In this document: positions 17,967-29,000 of the stretch, one piece after another
Layout: the number at the start of each line of letters is the position of its first letter
How positions within the stretch are numbered: position 1 is the first letter of the stretch
Source: a virus
Lineage: Duplodnaviria > Caudoviricetes
IMG/VR virus record: IMGVR_UViG_3300047300_001096
Coordinates: 1 to 54,260 of that record
Reading direction: 5' to 3' (one strand)
Length of the DNA stretch: 54,260 nt
Program-made: the position numbers and the translations under genes
The notes under the pieces: model-generated
The model's input: only the letters and a program-made list of their open reading frames with translations
Database searches by the model: none
Told to the model about the DNA's origin: nothing

Positions 17967-18592
17967 ACAACTGTTTTTCTATACATAGGTACATAGTGAT
18001 ATAAGTGTAAATTACTCATATCAGACGATTCATTAGGATTGGCAGAATAAATTGGAACTATATCAAAAGCTAAAGTAATTCGTGGACTTTTTCCATACCA
18101 AGCAGTACTTTTATGTTTGTCATTTTCAGATTTACCGATTACTAATAGTCCGTCTTTACTAGGTATTTCTATCTCTCCGGGTACCCCAGGTATTCTATAC
18201 AATGTTGATGAAGGTACTTCTTCAGTATTTACACAATAAAAACCGTGCCAAACTTTGTACTGCGCAGGCCAATGATCGTGCCAACCAATATTTTCGCCTT
18301 TTCTGTAAATATTCATCCAACTTTTTATAACATAAGGAACACCTCTATCTAATAAAGGGTCTGCTTTTTCACAAATTAAGTTATATAGCTGAACTAGTTC
18401 TGTTGTAGAAAATGTAAATAAATTATACTGTTTGTTTTTTGCGCTAGGAATATTTCCGTATATACCTTTTGTTACAGGCTTGGTTGTTTTATTTAAAATA
18501 TCCTCGATAACAAAACATTTATTAGCAAGAGCTTTGTTATCTATTGTATCTATTTGTGTTGTAAATAAATAATTTTCTGCTATAGTATTCAT
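17957..18592 (-). CDS. 2OG-Fe(II) oxygenase-like protein
   Basis: SWMN...WHDH...H...RITLAFD. Confidence 0.7.
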   Translation of the reverse strand: MNTIAENYLFTTQIDTIDNKALANKCFVIEDILNKTTKPVTKGIYGNIPSAKNKQYNLFTFSTTELVQLYNLICEKADPLLDRGVPYVIKSWMNIYRKGENIGWHDHWPAQYKVWHGFYCVNTEEVPSSTLYRIPGVPGEIEIPSKDGLLVIGKSENDKHKSTAWYGKSPRITLAFDIVPIYSANPNESSDMSNLHLYHYVPMYRKTVVCQ

Positions 18593-19281
18593 TATTTTTT
18601 ATTTAAAAGTTTTTTACGTTTAAAATACCAGCCAACCTTTGTAAATCTAAAAGGTTCAAACATTGATTTTAATTCATTATCAGTTACAACGTGCATTTTT
18701 GTTTCAATAACTTTATCACTTAGCGGAAATACTTGCACTAATGGTTTTCCTGCAGGAATTATAATATTTTTATGTGCAGTATTTAATTTAGGTATAAACA
18801 TATGTATGTTTGTAAAGTGTTGATACTTCCACTCAATTAAACCATTTGGAATAAAAGGTTTAAAACTAGTATCATGCCAAAAAGTATTTGTCATTAAAAA
18901 TTTAACACCAGTTTTTTCTTTAAATGCCCAAGGACTTAGTATTTTAAAATGATAGTATTCTTTTAATATTCTATCTCCCCAAGCATAACTTTCATGAGAA
19001 TCAGCTAACTGATTTGGTTCCCAGCTTAGTCTATTATTTTGAGTATTTATCGTAACGTCTGCCCAATTTTTAATAATAAAACCTTGAGTATGTAAGTATT
19101 GAACGCCTGGACACAATCTCATTGTAGATTTTACAATACCTTGATTGGTAACAGTAGTCTCTAGATTTTTCCAGTAATCTGGTAACTCTTCTTTTGCAGG
19201 AGTTATTGGAAATAAATTAGGTAGGTCGGGTATAGCTGTGAAACAATCTACAACTATTTTTGATGGTTTAAATAAAATCAT
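18592..19281 (-). CDS. Hypothetical protein (DUF6065/dUTPase-fold-like)
   Basis: TMRLCPG...GFII..W.D...SPW...IPAGKPLVQVFP. Confidence 0.55.
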   Translation of the reverse strand: MILFKPSKIVVDCFTAIPDLPNLFPITPAKEELPDYWKNLETTVTNQGIVKSTMRLCPGVQYLHTQGFIIKNWADVTINTQNNRLSWEPNQLADSHESYAWGDRILKEYYHFKILSPWAFKEKTGVKFLMTNTFWHDTSFKPFIPNGLIEWKYQHFTNIHMFIPKLNTAHKNIIIPAGKPLVQVFPLSDKVIETKMHVVTDNELKSMFEPFRFTKVGWYFKRKKLLNKK

Positions 19282-20266
19282 ATAATGCTTGTGATGCTAA
19301 GTTTTTTTGTTTGGATTCGCACATTATATCTGAATAAGGAAGAAATGTTAAGGCCCAATCATTAACAGCTGAATTCCAGTAGTAGTCACTATGTGCACGT
19401 AATTTTGCACTGGTAAAACCCAGTGACTTCAATTGCTTGAGGTCAGGTTTGACTAGTGGGTCATGATCTACTACAACATCTTCGCGACTAACGCTATAAT
19501 GAATAGTAGGACGCACACCGCGCCAACTATCAATCACACGCTTGAAGCGAGGATCTGTGGGCTCAATATACTCGCCTGAATGAATCCAGTGATGGTGAAT
19601 GTCGAGCACAAGCGCACAAGTGTCCACAAGTTCTAGACTTGCGTCAAGGCCCCAGGTAAACTCTGCGTTTTCGATGGTTAAACAGTTGCGTGCTTCGGGA
19701 CTAAGGCGTTTCATAGCACGTTTGATACCGTCTGGACCTTGTTTACCGCCAATGTGTACATTGCATTTGAAGTCTTGAAACTGTTTGCCGTAACCCATGT
19801 AACGGATAAGATCGCAGTGATACTCAAACTCGGTAATTGAATTTTCAATTACTTGATCTTGTTCTGACGCAAGCACACAAAATTGCCCTGGATGAAAGCT
19901 GAGTTTGATATCATGCTCGCGAGCAAAGTCGCCGCACATCGCAAGATGAGCTTCGATTTTAGCAACTACATCAGGTTGAAAGTAAAATGGCATATAGTCG
20001 TCATGAGTATATGTGGGTAATAAATCTGAAGTAATACGAAACATACGCAACTCAGGAGGCTGTTTAGCTACCCACTTAAGTTGACGATAAAGTGCATTAA
20101 GGTTGTGATCAACCAAACCCCATAGTTTTGAACGTGCAGCATCTTCAGTTTGCCGTTTAAGGTAACTGATTGTAGTAGATTTTGTATTCAAATCAGGATG
20201 TGCTTTGTCAGGTTCGCTTTGAATTTTACAAGCGAAACCTATGCGTTGTATATTTTGGTTGAACAT
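19268..20266 (-). CDS. uvsE: UV-damage endonuclease
   Basis: RIGFAC, FRITSDLLP, SFHPGQF, TIEN, LDIHHH, HYS, HSD motifs. Confidence 0.93.
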   Translation of the reverse strand: MFNQNIQRIGFACKIQSEPDKAHPDLNTKSTTISYLKRQTEDAARSKLWGLVDHNLNALYRQLKWVAKQPPELRMFRITSDLLPTYTHDDYMPFYFQPDVVAKIEAHLAMCGDFAREHDIKLSFHPGQFCVLASEQDQVIENSITEFEYHCDLIRYMGYGKQFQDFKCNVHIGGKQGPDGIKRAMKRLSPEARNCLTIENAEFTWGLDASLELVDTCALVLDIHHHWIHSGEYIEPTDPRFKRVIDSWRGVRPTIHYSVSREDVVVDHDPLVKPDLKQLKSLGFTSAKLRAHSDYYWNSAVNDWALTFLPYSDIMCESKQKNLASQALYDFI

Positions 20267-20326
20267 TTTGTGCGTACTTTGTGTGTTAATTGTTTATTAT
20301 AACTGTTTTAGCTTTGTTTGTCAAGT

Positions 20327-20560
20327 CTATAATCCAGTTAACCTAACACATACGGGACATACAGGATTATAGTCAAGATCTTTAACTAATTGCTGAGACC
20401 ATATATTGCAATGCGAGCATTGATCAATTACTTGTACAAGTATATGGTCTTCTATATCATCTATATCAATACCTAGCTCATGGCAGGTTTGTGTAAGAGA
20501 CTTGCGAGTTTTATTTAGTGTTTTAGCAAGTCTACGATAATTAAGGCTTATATCTGTCAT
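20327..20560 (-). CDS. Hypothetical zinc-finger protein
   Basis: CSHC...CPVC. Confidence 0.65.
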   Translation of the reverse strand: MTDISLNYRRLAKTLNKTRKSLTQTCHELGIDIDDIEDHILVQVIDQCSHCNIWSQQLVKDLDYNPVCPVCVRLTGL

Positions 20561-20960
20561 CTAGCTTTTTATGAGTCTTCTCAAATTCGAGCAAGAACAT
20601 AATGCAACAAGCTGCATGAGCCAAGTGCGACAGTCCAGACTCGGGGTCTTTGTCTTCACCAGCGTTGAACGCTGTAATATGACGCATTGCTGCGGCTAAG
20701 GGTCGGCTCCACACAAAACCTTTACGCCAGTTATGTGCTGCATATTTATCTGCACCAAATTGTAATACTGCTGCAGTTTGATTCATTGCTTCTGTGCTTA
20801 ACAAGTGAAGTGGCAATTTGCCGTCATCAAATTTTAATGCTGAGCCTGTAGGCATTTCTCCTACAACTGTTTTTAATTCTATTTGTTCTCTAACAGGTAC
20901 TTGCATAATAGCATTAGTATCAGGGTCAAAGAGGTTGATAATTTCGTCTTGTTTTGGCAT
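20541..20960 (-). CDS. DUF5664 dATP/dGTP diphosphohydrolase domain protein
   Basis: KFD.GK...FGADKY..HNWRKG...AAMRH...DPESGLSHLAHA. Confidence 0.88.
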   Translation of the reverse strand: MPKQDEIINLFDPDTNAIMQVPVREQIELKTVVGEMPTGSALKFDDGKLPLHLLSTEAMNQTAAVLQFGADKYAAHNWRKGFVWSRPLAAAMRHITAFNAGEDKDPESGLSHLAHAACCIMFLLEFEKTHKKLDDRYKP

Positions 20961-20973
20961 GGTATTTGTTATT

Positions 20974-21159
20974 TTAAGGTTTAGGCATAAATAGTCGGGG
21001 CAATGTCTTTTTCTTTTTCAATTGTTTTAACAGCTCTGGATTTATCTCACTTTTTAGTGACGCAATTCCTCGCTGACGACAATGTTGTTCATATACTGGT
21101 AATAACACGTCTAAAATAAGTGCTTCTAGTTCAGCAGTATAATTTGTTTGATTTGACAT
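20974..21159 (-). CDS. Hypothetical protein
   Basis: First ORF after a minus-strand promoter; GGAG RBS. Confidence 0.7.
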   Translation of the reverse strand: MSNQTNYTAELEALILDVLLPVYEQHCRQRGIASLKSEINPELLKQLKKKKTLPRLFMPKP

Positions 21160-21180
21160 TAAATTTCTCCGAATGTGTCT

Positions 21181-21281
21181 ATTATATCACTGTGGCAAAT
21201 ATTTTTCAAGACTATTTCATTTTGTGGTTGGCGCAGACCTTAAAAACACACTTGATTAGAGCTTGGTCTTGTGATATAATT
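21181..21281. promoter_or_regulatory. Divergent sigma70-like promoter pair at the strand switch
   Basis: TTGAAA..TATAAT on minus and TTGATT..TATAAT on plus. Confidence 0.7.
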
Positions 21282-21307
21282 GAAAGTTCATTGAGAAAAT
21301 AACACGA

Positions 21308-21595
21308 ATGACATACGATATATTAATACAAAACCTACTAAACGGAGAACCCGTTACAAAAACTGATCCTCAAGGCAGTAGTTATATAGAAATGCGCCCG
21401 CCCACGCGTAATGCTATGGCTGCGGCTAAAGCCTTGCAAAACTTGCAAGGACAACTAAACTTTGGTACTAGTGCTATTAATCAGCTTACCAAAGAGCGTA
21501 ACGAAATGTGGGAACTCTTAGAAAGAGCCCAGCAAGAAAATAAGAAGCTACAAGATGAAATTAAATCTTTACAGTCAGCTAAAGCTGGCGAGTGA
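21308..21595 (+). CDS. Hypothetical coiled-coil protein
   Basis: ORF after the promoter. Confidence 0.7.
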   Translation: MTYDILIQNLLNGEPVTKTDPQGSSYIEMRPPTRNAMAAAKALQNLQGQLNFGTSAINQLTKERNEMWELLERAQQENKKLQDEIKSLQSAKAGE

Positions 21596-21699
21596 ACTAA
21601 GCGAAGCAATTGATTGTAATCATGCTACTCATTTAGAACACAGGTCGCTTGATGCTATCCTAGACTTGATCAGCATTATTCGACAATTACAGGAGAGTA

Positions 21700-22182
21700 A
21701 TGATGAAATTAACAAGAAAACAGACTCTAGTATCAATTATACTGGGGACTTTTATGGCTCTACCCTTGGGTATGGCAGAACTGGTAATAAATAAGACTTA
21801 TCAAACTGTAAAAGCTACTAAAGCAGAGCTACTTTGTTTGGCTAAGAATATTTATTATGAGGCTCGTGGTGAGCCACTTCAAGGTAAGATTGCAGTTGCA
21901 CAAGTTACACTAAATCGTGTGACGCATCGTACTGAATTTCAAGCAAACATATGTGGAGTAGTATATGCAAAAGATCAATTTAGCTGGACTCAAGAACGGC
22001 ATCGTGAACCTCGTGGAGAAGATTGGCTTGAAGCTCAAGCACTTGCTAAAGCGGTAATACAAGGGACTGCACACTTACCAAAGTTTCGTGCACTTTACTT
22101 TCACAATCAAACAGTAAAACCTCGTTGGAGTCGTACTAAAGAATTAGTTGCAAGAATAGGTAATCATACATTTTACAACTAA
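21700..22182 (+). CDS. Cell wall hydrolase (SleB/Hydrolase_2)
   Basis: CLAKNIYYEARGE..GKIAVAQVTLNRV...QFSW...IGNHTFY. Confidence 0.93.
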   Translation: MMKLTRKQTLVSIILGTFMALPLGMAELVINKTYQTVKATKAELLCLAKNIYYEARGEPLQGKIAVAQVTLNRVTHRTEFQANICGVVYAKDQFSWTQERHREPRGEDWLEAQALAKAVIQGTAHLPKFRALYFHNQTVKPRWSRTKELVARIGNHTFYN

Positions 22183-22266
22183 GCAAATGGGCAGATAGGC
22201 TAATTATTTTTGGCTTGCTGCCCTTTTTGTTTTCTGGTATAATAGTCACTATAACGAGGAAATTTT

Positions 22267-22476
22267 ATGAAAAATAAGTACACAGAAATTCGTGAAACTT
22301 GCCAACTCGTAGAGTATGACCTTAAACTTGCTGGCAAAGGCAAACTATGGGTAGAAGTTTACCGCGACGCAGAATATGAATATCGTGCACTGTTTCCAGA
22401 CTTAGATGACTGGAGTTCAATGCCAATGACAATTTTAACACACCCAATACATGAAACACAAACTAATCACAGCTAA
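22267..22476 (+). CDS. Hypothetical protein
   Basis: Own promoter and GAGGA RBS. Confidence 0.7.
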   Translation: MKNKYTEIRETCQLVEYDLKLAGKGKLWVEVYRDAEYEYRALFPDLDDWSSMPMTILTHPIHETQTNHS

Positions 22477-23374
22477 AATTATTGCGGACAGTATTTGTCC
22501 CCAAGGTGTTCGAATGACTACTATGGAAATTGAGTATCCAAGATTTATTTTGGCAGAGCTCAACACACATCGTATGTTGTCAAAGAATAGTGCTAGTAGT
22601 CGTGCTATTCCTGTTAAAGCTATGCATGAGTTTATCAAAGACAATCCTGCAACACCTGTATACTGGGGTAAAAATCAGCCTGGTATGAAAGCCAAGGAAG
22701 AGTTGATTGGTATTGATTTGTCAGAAGCCAAGCACATTTGGAATAAAGCCAAAGATGACGCACTGCACTGGGCAGACGCACTTTCTAGCAGATTGAGTGT
22801 TCATAAACAAATCGCCAATCGTATTACAGAGCCTTGGATGACAATGAAAACAGTTATCTCTGGTACTGAATGGGCAAACTTTTTTCATCTTCGCAACCAT
22901 CCTGATGCACAGCCTGAGATTAAAGCTTTAGCAGAAGCAATGATTGTGGCGTATACAACACACCTTCCCAATCCACTAAAGCCAGGCGAGTGGCATTTAC
23001 CTTATATTGCTCTAGGCAGATATGTACCTACTGACGAACTTCAATACTTTGACGACTATTTTAACAGAATCAGCCTTGAAGATGCTAAGATCATTAGCGC
23101 TAGTTGTTGCGCTCAAGTATCGTATCGTAAAAACGATGATAGCCCAGAAAAAGCTTGGAAGATTTGGCAACAACTAATCGAGAACGATCCTGTTCACGCC
23201 AGTCCAATTGAGCATCAAGCAACGCCCATGGACGTCAACTCTATGTGCCGTTTTGAGCCTGATACTTGGGAGCCTGGAGTTACTCATGTCTCTGCCAATA
23301 GCGACTTGTGGAGTGGTAATTTGCGGGGTTGGATTCAGCACCGCAAGCTTGTTGCAAAGGAGGCAGTATGGTAA
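22451..23374 (+). CDS. thyX: FAD-dependent thymidylate synthase (ThyX-like)
   Basis: AELNTHRMLSKNSASSRAIP, HKQIANR..EPW, NFFHLR, AQPEI, HASPIEHQA. Confidence 0.85.
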   Translation: MKHKLITAKIIADSICPQGVRMTTMEIEYPRFILAELNTHRMLSKNSASSRAIPVKAMHEFIKDNPATPVYWGKNQPGMKAKEELIGIDLSEAKHIWNKAKDDALHWADALSSRLSVHKQIANRITEPWMTMKTVISGTEWANFFHLRNHPDAQPEIKALAEAMIVAYTTHLPNPLKPGEWHLPYIALGRYVPTDELQYFDDYFNRISLEDAKIISASCCAQVSYRKNDDSPEKAWKIWQQLIENDPVHASPIEHQATPMDVNSMCRFEPDTWEPGVTHVSANSDLWSGNLRGWIQHRKLVAKEAVW

Positions 23375-24108
23375 ACTACGAGTATGAAAATTTTGAAGCG
23401 TGGTTTGATGAGTTAGAAAACTTTAACTTTCGTAGTGACCGATTCTTTCAGTACATGGACTTGTTTAATGGTAGTGCTACTACTGAAACACGCAATCAAT
23501 TTTTAACAGACTGGCTACGAGCAGCGTTTGATTCGGCAAGGTTAACCAATGACCATAGTTAAAGACACAACTTATAGCCCTAATCGCCACAGTTGGATTG
23601 TTCAACTACAAGAAGATGGCGAAGATTTAGTACTACAACTTACAGATGAGATGTTAGAAGTTACTGGTTGGAAAATTGGTGACACACTGTTATGGGAGAA
23701 AGCAGCTGGTTCTGCTTGGACATTAAGGAAAAAGCCATGATCGTTGTATTATACACCACCGACTTTGAACCAATTATTCCTATTGATCTACCTCTTTGGT
23801 TGCTAGAGCGACTTGAGGTTGAGGGTCAGGTACGAGTAGCTGTTAGTAAACCTACACAGTTTGTTGACCAAAAAATTCCTGTGGGTAATTTAGAACCCGA
23901 TATTCCCACTGTGCGTATTCGTTGTGAACGATTGCGGTGGCGAGATGATACACTAAAAACCATCTTAGTAACTCCAGACGAAGAGCTTGCGCTAAGCTTA
24001 AACCCTGAGTGGTTACCTGGTCAGCGTGCCCCAATTCAACAGTACATGGGAGCTATGCGTAAGTTACATGAAGAATTGGTCAAACAAATCCGAAAAAATC
24101 AGAGTTGA
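23368..24108 (+). CDS. Three small ORFs: 23368-23562 hypothetical, 23549-23740 AbrB/MazE-like, 23737-24108 hypothetical
   Basis: Overlapping stop/start codons; LVLQLTDEML...GWKIGDTLLW AbrB-like pattern. Confidence 0.7.
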
Positions 24109-24158
24109 CTTGCAAACTAAATCAATGTATAATATTATTATTGATTTAGGAGAATACT

Positions 24159-24359
24159 ATGTTTTATTGCGTTGTTTGTAGCGATACTGTTAGTCCACTG
24201 CGTTGGCAACTGGGCCGCCATACCTGTTTACCTTGCGGTGAGCGTGTGGCTAAACAACACAAACATACTATTGTACCTATGCCTAAATCTAACTATATTG
24301 TAGTAACAGACAAATCATTGTTACTTAATCTCAACTCATCTCACAAAGGCGGACGCTAA
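24159..24359 (+). CDS. DksA/TraR-like C4 zinc-finger small protein
   Basis: CVVC...R..LG..TCLPC; own promoter and AGGAG RBS. Confidence 0.7.
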   Translation: MFYCVVCSDTVSPLRWQLGRHTCLPCGERVAKQHKHTIVPMPKSNYIVVTDKSLLLNLNSSHKGGR

Positions 24360-24536
24360 AATGAACGCAGATCGCGAATTTATCAAATGGTTTTATGAAG
24401 AAGCTTATCCTGAGCAGGGATCAAATCGCCGTCAGGTTTATTCAATGACACATGGTACGCCCAACATCAATGTTATTGATTACTGGATGCGTGAAGCGTT
24501 TAAAGCAGGTGTAGAAGCAGCACAAAAGGAAACACA

Positions 24537-25196
24537 ATGAAAGTTGTAATCGGACCTTATCGTGATTGGATCGGACCTTATCAGATTGCAGAAATGTTGT
24601 GCTGGTGGGTTCCAAAACGCCGTGCATCAGATGATATTGTTGCACGCAAACCTGACTGGGTACATGACTTTGGTACTTGGTTAGCTACTGATAAGCATGG
24701 CAATGATTCGTGGCTGACCAAAGTGTGTCAGTGGATTGAAGATCGCAAACATCGTCAAGTGTATGTTCGTATCGACAAGTATGATTCATGGTCGGCAGAC
24801 CATACCATTGCACTAATTGCAGTTCCACTCTTAAAGCAACTGCAGCTTACCAAGCACGGAGCACCTTTTGTAGACGATGAAGATGTCCCTGAGGGTTTAA
24901 ATCTTCGTAGCTATGAGTGTGACAAATTAAAAGCCAATGAATATGACACAGACCCCAACCACTTTAAACGCTGGGACTGGGTACTTGGAGAGATCATTTG
25001 GGCATTGGAACAAAAGACAAGTGACACTGCTGATTCAGATTTTTATACTCACCTTGACCCTGACTTAAAATCCAAAGACTTTAATGATTGCATAAACAAC
25101 ATTGTAGTTGACTACGCAGGATTAGAAGCTTGGCAAGCCCGCAAAACTCGTGGTTACAAGCTGTTTGGTAAATATTTTGAAAATTTATGGGATTAA
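24537..25196 (+). CDS. Conserved hypothetical phage protein
   Basis: 219-aa ORF; IDKYDSWS.DHT...LFGKYFENLWD. Confidence 0.8.
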   Translation: MKVVIGPYRDWIGPYQIAEMLCWWVPKRRASDDIVARKPDWVHDFGTWLATDKHGNDSWLTKVCQWIEDRKHRQVYVRIDKYDSWSADHTIALIAVPLLKQLQLTKHGAPFVDDEDVPEGLNLRSYECDKLKANEYDTDPNHFKRWDWVLGEIIWALEQKTSDTADSDFYTHLDPDLKSKDFNDCINNIVVDYAGLEAWQARKTRGYKLFGKYFENLWD

Positions 25197-25199
25197 ATT

Positions 25200-27379
25200 A
25201 TGACATTAGAATTAGCATTAGCAATTGTTGTAGCAGCAGCCTTTGCTTGTTACTTAGTATGGCAGTGGCAAGAGTCTGCGGTAGATATGGCAGACCCACC
25301 CTATCAACCACCTGTTGCGGATAAAGCAGAATTGGATACTCCATTAAACCCCAAGGCGACATGGCCTTTTCCTAGTGGAGATAAGCCATGACAAAACCTG
25401 ATCCCAATAAACCAATCACGCACATCAATCCACCTAATCGTGTACCTGATCGTGTACAGCCACACAAGCCTGGGTATTCAGAAATTGTAGATGTGCCTGA
25501 AACTGAAGCAAATCCTGATAAGCCTAAGAAGCCAAAGAAAAAACCAAGCAAGTAACCTCAAGGGGATTCAACGCCAAAAATAATTGGCTTGAGTCCCCTT
25601 TTGTTTTGTGTTATAATATTCTATATTATGAAAGGATAACCATGTTCGATAAATTGTTGAATTCTGCTGATTATATCTTTGGCGGTATTTTGGTATTGTT
25701 GGTTGCTGTACTTTGCTACGGCTTAGGGTCACAAGCTAAAGCCAACAAGATTTGCGATCAAGTCGGTGGTATGTATGTGCAGACTTGGAGTGACGGATAT
25801 AAATGCATTATGGCTACGGAGATCACACTAAAATGATTAAACTAGCAGACAACAGAGTAGAGATTCCCTTAGACTTCTCAGATGAAGAACTACTTACATT
25901 GTTTAAATTGGCACATGAAGCAGACTTGACTTTCAACCAATTTATTGAAAAAGCCTTAACAGAATACCTAGAAAGAATAACTAAAGATGAGACACTACTC
26001 AATAAACTGGATGGGCCCAGTGAGCCTGGACTGGTACAAGACTCGGGGACTAACTAAAACTGTAACACATACAGCTAACACAGACTGTATGCATTATAAT
26101 AGTGGTGAAACATATACAACCACACAAATCACTGAGCACTATAGTTGTGGTCGAATAGATGTATCGCCTACCCAAGACGAACCTTATGGTGACGAGATTG
26201 GTGTGCCACCTATGCGCTCAGAAGACTGGCACAGCTTTGGCGATTGGTTGGATGATGTTCAGACCATGAGTGTGTGGTCACTTGACAACTTGGTTAGTGC
26301 TTATCAAAATCAAACAGGTAAAACTATTCGCTGGGATACATATGACAAATGAACACGGATATTGCCCAAACTGCAATCTAGACCTTGATGGTGGATTGAT
26401 TTGGGATTTCTTTTATAAAGACACAGGTGTAGCTGCTGAAGCCGATAGACTGGCTGAGATGTACGGAGCCACACGCACAACAGGCAAGTGGGGCTTGGCT
26501 ACTGCTATGTATGACTCAAAGAAGGATCGTACTGTTGGTTGGACTTGTCCTGAATGCAATCATTATTGGGGAGCACCACTATCATGAACCAATTACACTT
26601 AAATAAACTAGAACTACAAGACATTTTAGAGTTTGTCGGCAAGTACTCAGATGTACATATGGCTACACTCAACTGGGATAGTTCTAGCGGCATTGGCAAA
26701 ACACTAACAGTGGAAATTCGTACCTATTTAAACGATGATTATGTTAGCATTACAAAAACAATCACAGATCAAACATCATGGTAAATTTTAAAAAACTACT
26801 TCCCGTTCTTTCAGGACTTTGCGTCCTACTCTACTTATACGGCTGGACACAAGACTTGCAGTACCCTGCATATGTGCCGCTAGTGTGGTGCTTTGCTTGT
26901 TGGGTAAACGATGTTTACAACTGGTTGGAATCTAAACATGAGTGATTTATACCTAATGGTTGCAATACCAATCACAATTGTTGTACTAGTAGCTGTCTAC
27001 CAAGTTTGGTTGGCATGGCTAGAACGCCCAGACTGTGATCATCGTTATGACCGCTGGCATGACTTTCACGAAACACATTATGCTTATGTGCAGAAACGCA
27101 CTTGCAAGCTGTGTGGATATACTCAAACACTAGAACATAAAAAGACAACCTATGAACATACAGCAACTACTCAAGCAAGCAACAAACGCTTCTGGTAACA
27201 TTGACATCAATCACTACACTAACTTAGTGCTACTCGAAGCTTGCAGACTGGTCAAAGAAACACCTATTACTTGCGCATACACAACATTTGACGAGCAAGT
27301 TGCAATCACACAACGAGCCGAATGTTTCAAACAAATTTACAACCAAATCGCAGAGAATTTAAATGGCACTACCACCTAA
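25200..27379 (+). CDS. Run of small hypothetical ORFs (25200-25391, 25642-25836, 25833-26057, 25987-26352, 26342-26587, 26584-26784, 26938-27198, 27152-27379)
   Basis: Head-to-tail overlapping ORFs, several with TM helices or CxxC pairs. Confidence 0.65.
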
Positions 27380-27746
27380 TTATACACTACCACAGTATGC
27401 AGCACTAAAGTCAGCAACACAAGAAGTGCAAAGTGCTGAAATTCCTCCGACTCCGCAACCCGCACCACCACAACTACCACCTACATCAATGCGTCAAGCA
27501 CAAGCAAACTACCTGCTAGACAAATTGCAAGAAGAGGCAGCTGAGGTGATTCAGGCAGTTAGCAAAATCAGACGCTTTGGTGAAAATAACAAACATCCAG
27601 ATCGTACTACCACTAATAAAGAGGAACTGGTTACAGAATTAGAAGACTTTCTTGCCATTTTAGCAGCACTAGAATACTGCAAGTATTTGGACTTAAAGCC
27701 ACAGCAGAAAAATATACTCTATAAAATGCATCAGCTAATTTTGTAA
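27363..27746 (+). CDS. MazG-like NTP pyrophosphohydrolase with Pro-rich N-terminus
   Basis: LQEEAAEVIQAVSKIRRFG...EELVTELED. Confidence 0.8.
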   Translation: MALPPNYTLPQYAALKSATQEVQSAEIPPTPQPAPPQLPPTSMRQAQANYLLDKLQEEAAEVIQAVSKIRRFGENNKHPDRTTTNKEELVTELEDFLAILAALEYCKYLDLKPQQKNILYKMHQLIL

Positions 27747-28033
27747 CACACATTTACAAAAAAGCTTGACAAAAGATTACAAAAATTCTCTCCGACCCTA
27801 AACTGCAGCAATCCCACAATTCCCATAACCAAAGCATTGCAAACTACAAAGCAAAATTAATCTTCATCAAAGCATCCAGCAACGCTTTCAACAAACTTGC
27901 CAATTCAAGCACCAAGTGTTATAATATTATTATAGTTTTTAGAACAAATGCTCAACACACCTCCACACTAAAAAATACACTTGTTATTATGCTATCAAGT
28001 GTGCTATAATTTAGTATAACTTAAAGAGTTAAA

Positions 28034-28157
28034 GACTAGGTTGATTTAGAGAATTGATCTAAACTATCGAAACCTCTTGATGACGAGCCCTGCCGAGGTA
28101 AAGCTAGAGTGGTTTGGTACAGTTTAGGGTCAATTCAAATAAATCGCGAACCTAGTC
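28034..28157 (+). ncRNA. Long rod-like hairpin in the leader of the 28206 gene
   Basis: Nested pairings GACTAGGTT/AACCTAGTC, GATTTA/TAAATC and GAATTGA..TAAACT/AGTTTA..TCAATTC, downstream of a promoter. Confidence 0.55.
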
Positions 28158-28205
28158 CTGCTTATCGACTACAATTGTGTTTGAACTAAAACTACTATAT
28201 TTAAA

Positions 28206-29000
28206 ATGCTATTTAAAAAACAAGAAATACACTCAATTGATTTTACTGGAACTGAACACTTAAATCTCGAAGGCTGGGAAAGTTGGTGTGAATCGGTAAG
28301 TCTGTCCCACCTTTACACCTGGTTGCTGCCTCAATTAGTAGCTTGGTATGGAACCTGGACTCTAGTAAAAGATGGTGATCGAATTGATGCTTTAGCCACA
28401 GTTAAACACAACTGCCCTGACCCTAAGTCTAGGGCATTTTATATGTTGTCAAGGGTTAAACGAAGTTTATTATTAGCAACACAAACGAAAGCTCCAGAAT
28501 ATGCTACACTAACCCCACTGATCTTAATGGGACAAAAGCGAATGGCTGGAGTTGACTACGAGTCTTGGAGAACAGCCACAAATTTGCAGTGGATTTTAGA
28601 ACCCCGACTCCTAGAAGCAATATTATTAGATGGTAAAGATTTGTCGATGATTGACAGTTTAGGGTCAGAAAGACTCTTAGCTATACAAACACAAGGATTA
28701 ACTACTAAGTCAGGTAAAACAGCAGGCTCAAAGAAGCCTGCAAAGTCTACTTGGAGTTTAACAGGAATTCAGGACACAGAGATTGGGCACTTGCCTAAAT
28801 TAACTCAAACAATCTTAACACAATGCTGGCTAGCACATCCTGAATTACGAACACCTTATATGATCTTAGACTTACAAAACTGGGATAATATGCCCAAACC
28901 TCTAGTATCTAATGATATTTTTAAAGTGGAACAACCACTTCAACCAACCCCGAAACAGAATTTGAAAGAGCTGGCAGATGTAATGCCCTGGGACCTATGA
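28206..29000 (+). CDS. Hypothetical protein (264 aa)
   Basis: Long ORF coupled to the A2-like gene; no motif recognised. Confidence 0.8.
   Translation: MLFKKQEIHSIDFTGTEHLNLEGWESWCESVSLSHLYTWLLPQLVAWYGTWTLVKDGDRIDALATVKHNCPDPKSRAFYMLSRVKRSLLLATQTKAPEYATLTPLILMGQKRMAGVDYESWRTATNLQWILEPRLLEAILLDGKDLSMIDSLGSERLLAIQTQGLTTKSGKTAGSKKPAKSTWSLTGIQDTEIGHLPKLTQTILTQCWLAHPELRTPYMILDLQNWDNMPKPLVSNDIFKVEQPLQPTPKQNLKELADVMPWDL

Noticed and set aside
20541-20960. DUF5664 as a sign of a Z (2-aminoadenine) genome
   Set aside because: No PurZ or DatZ-like gene is in the window, and DUF5664 is widespread on its own
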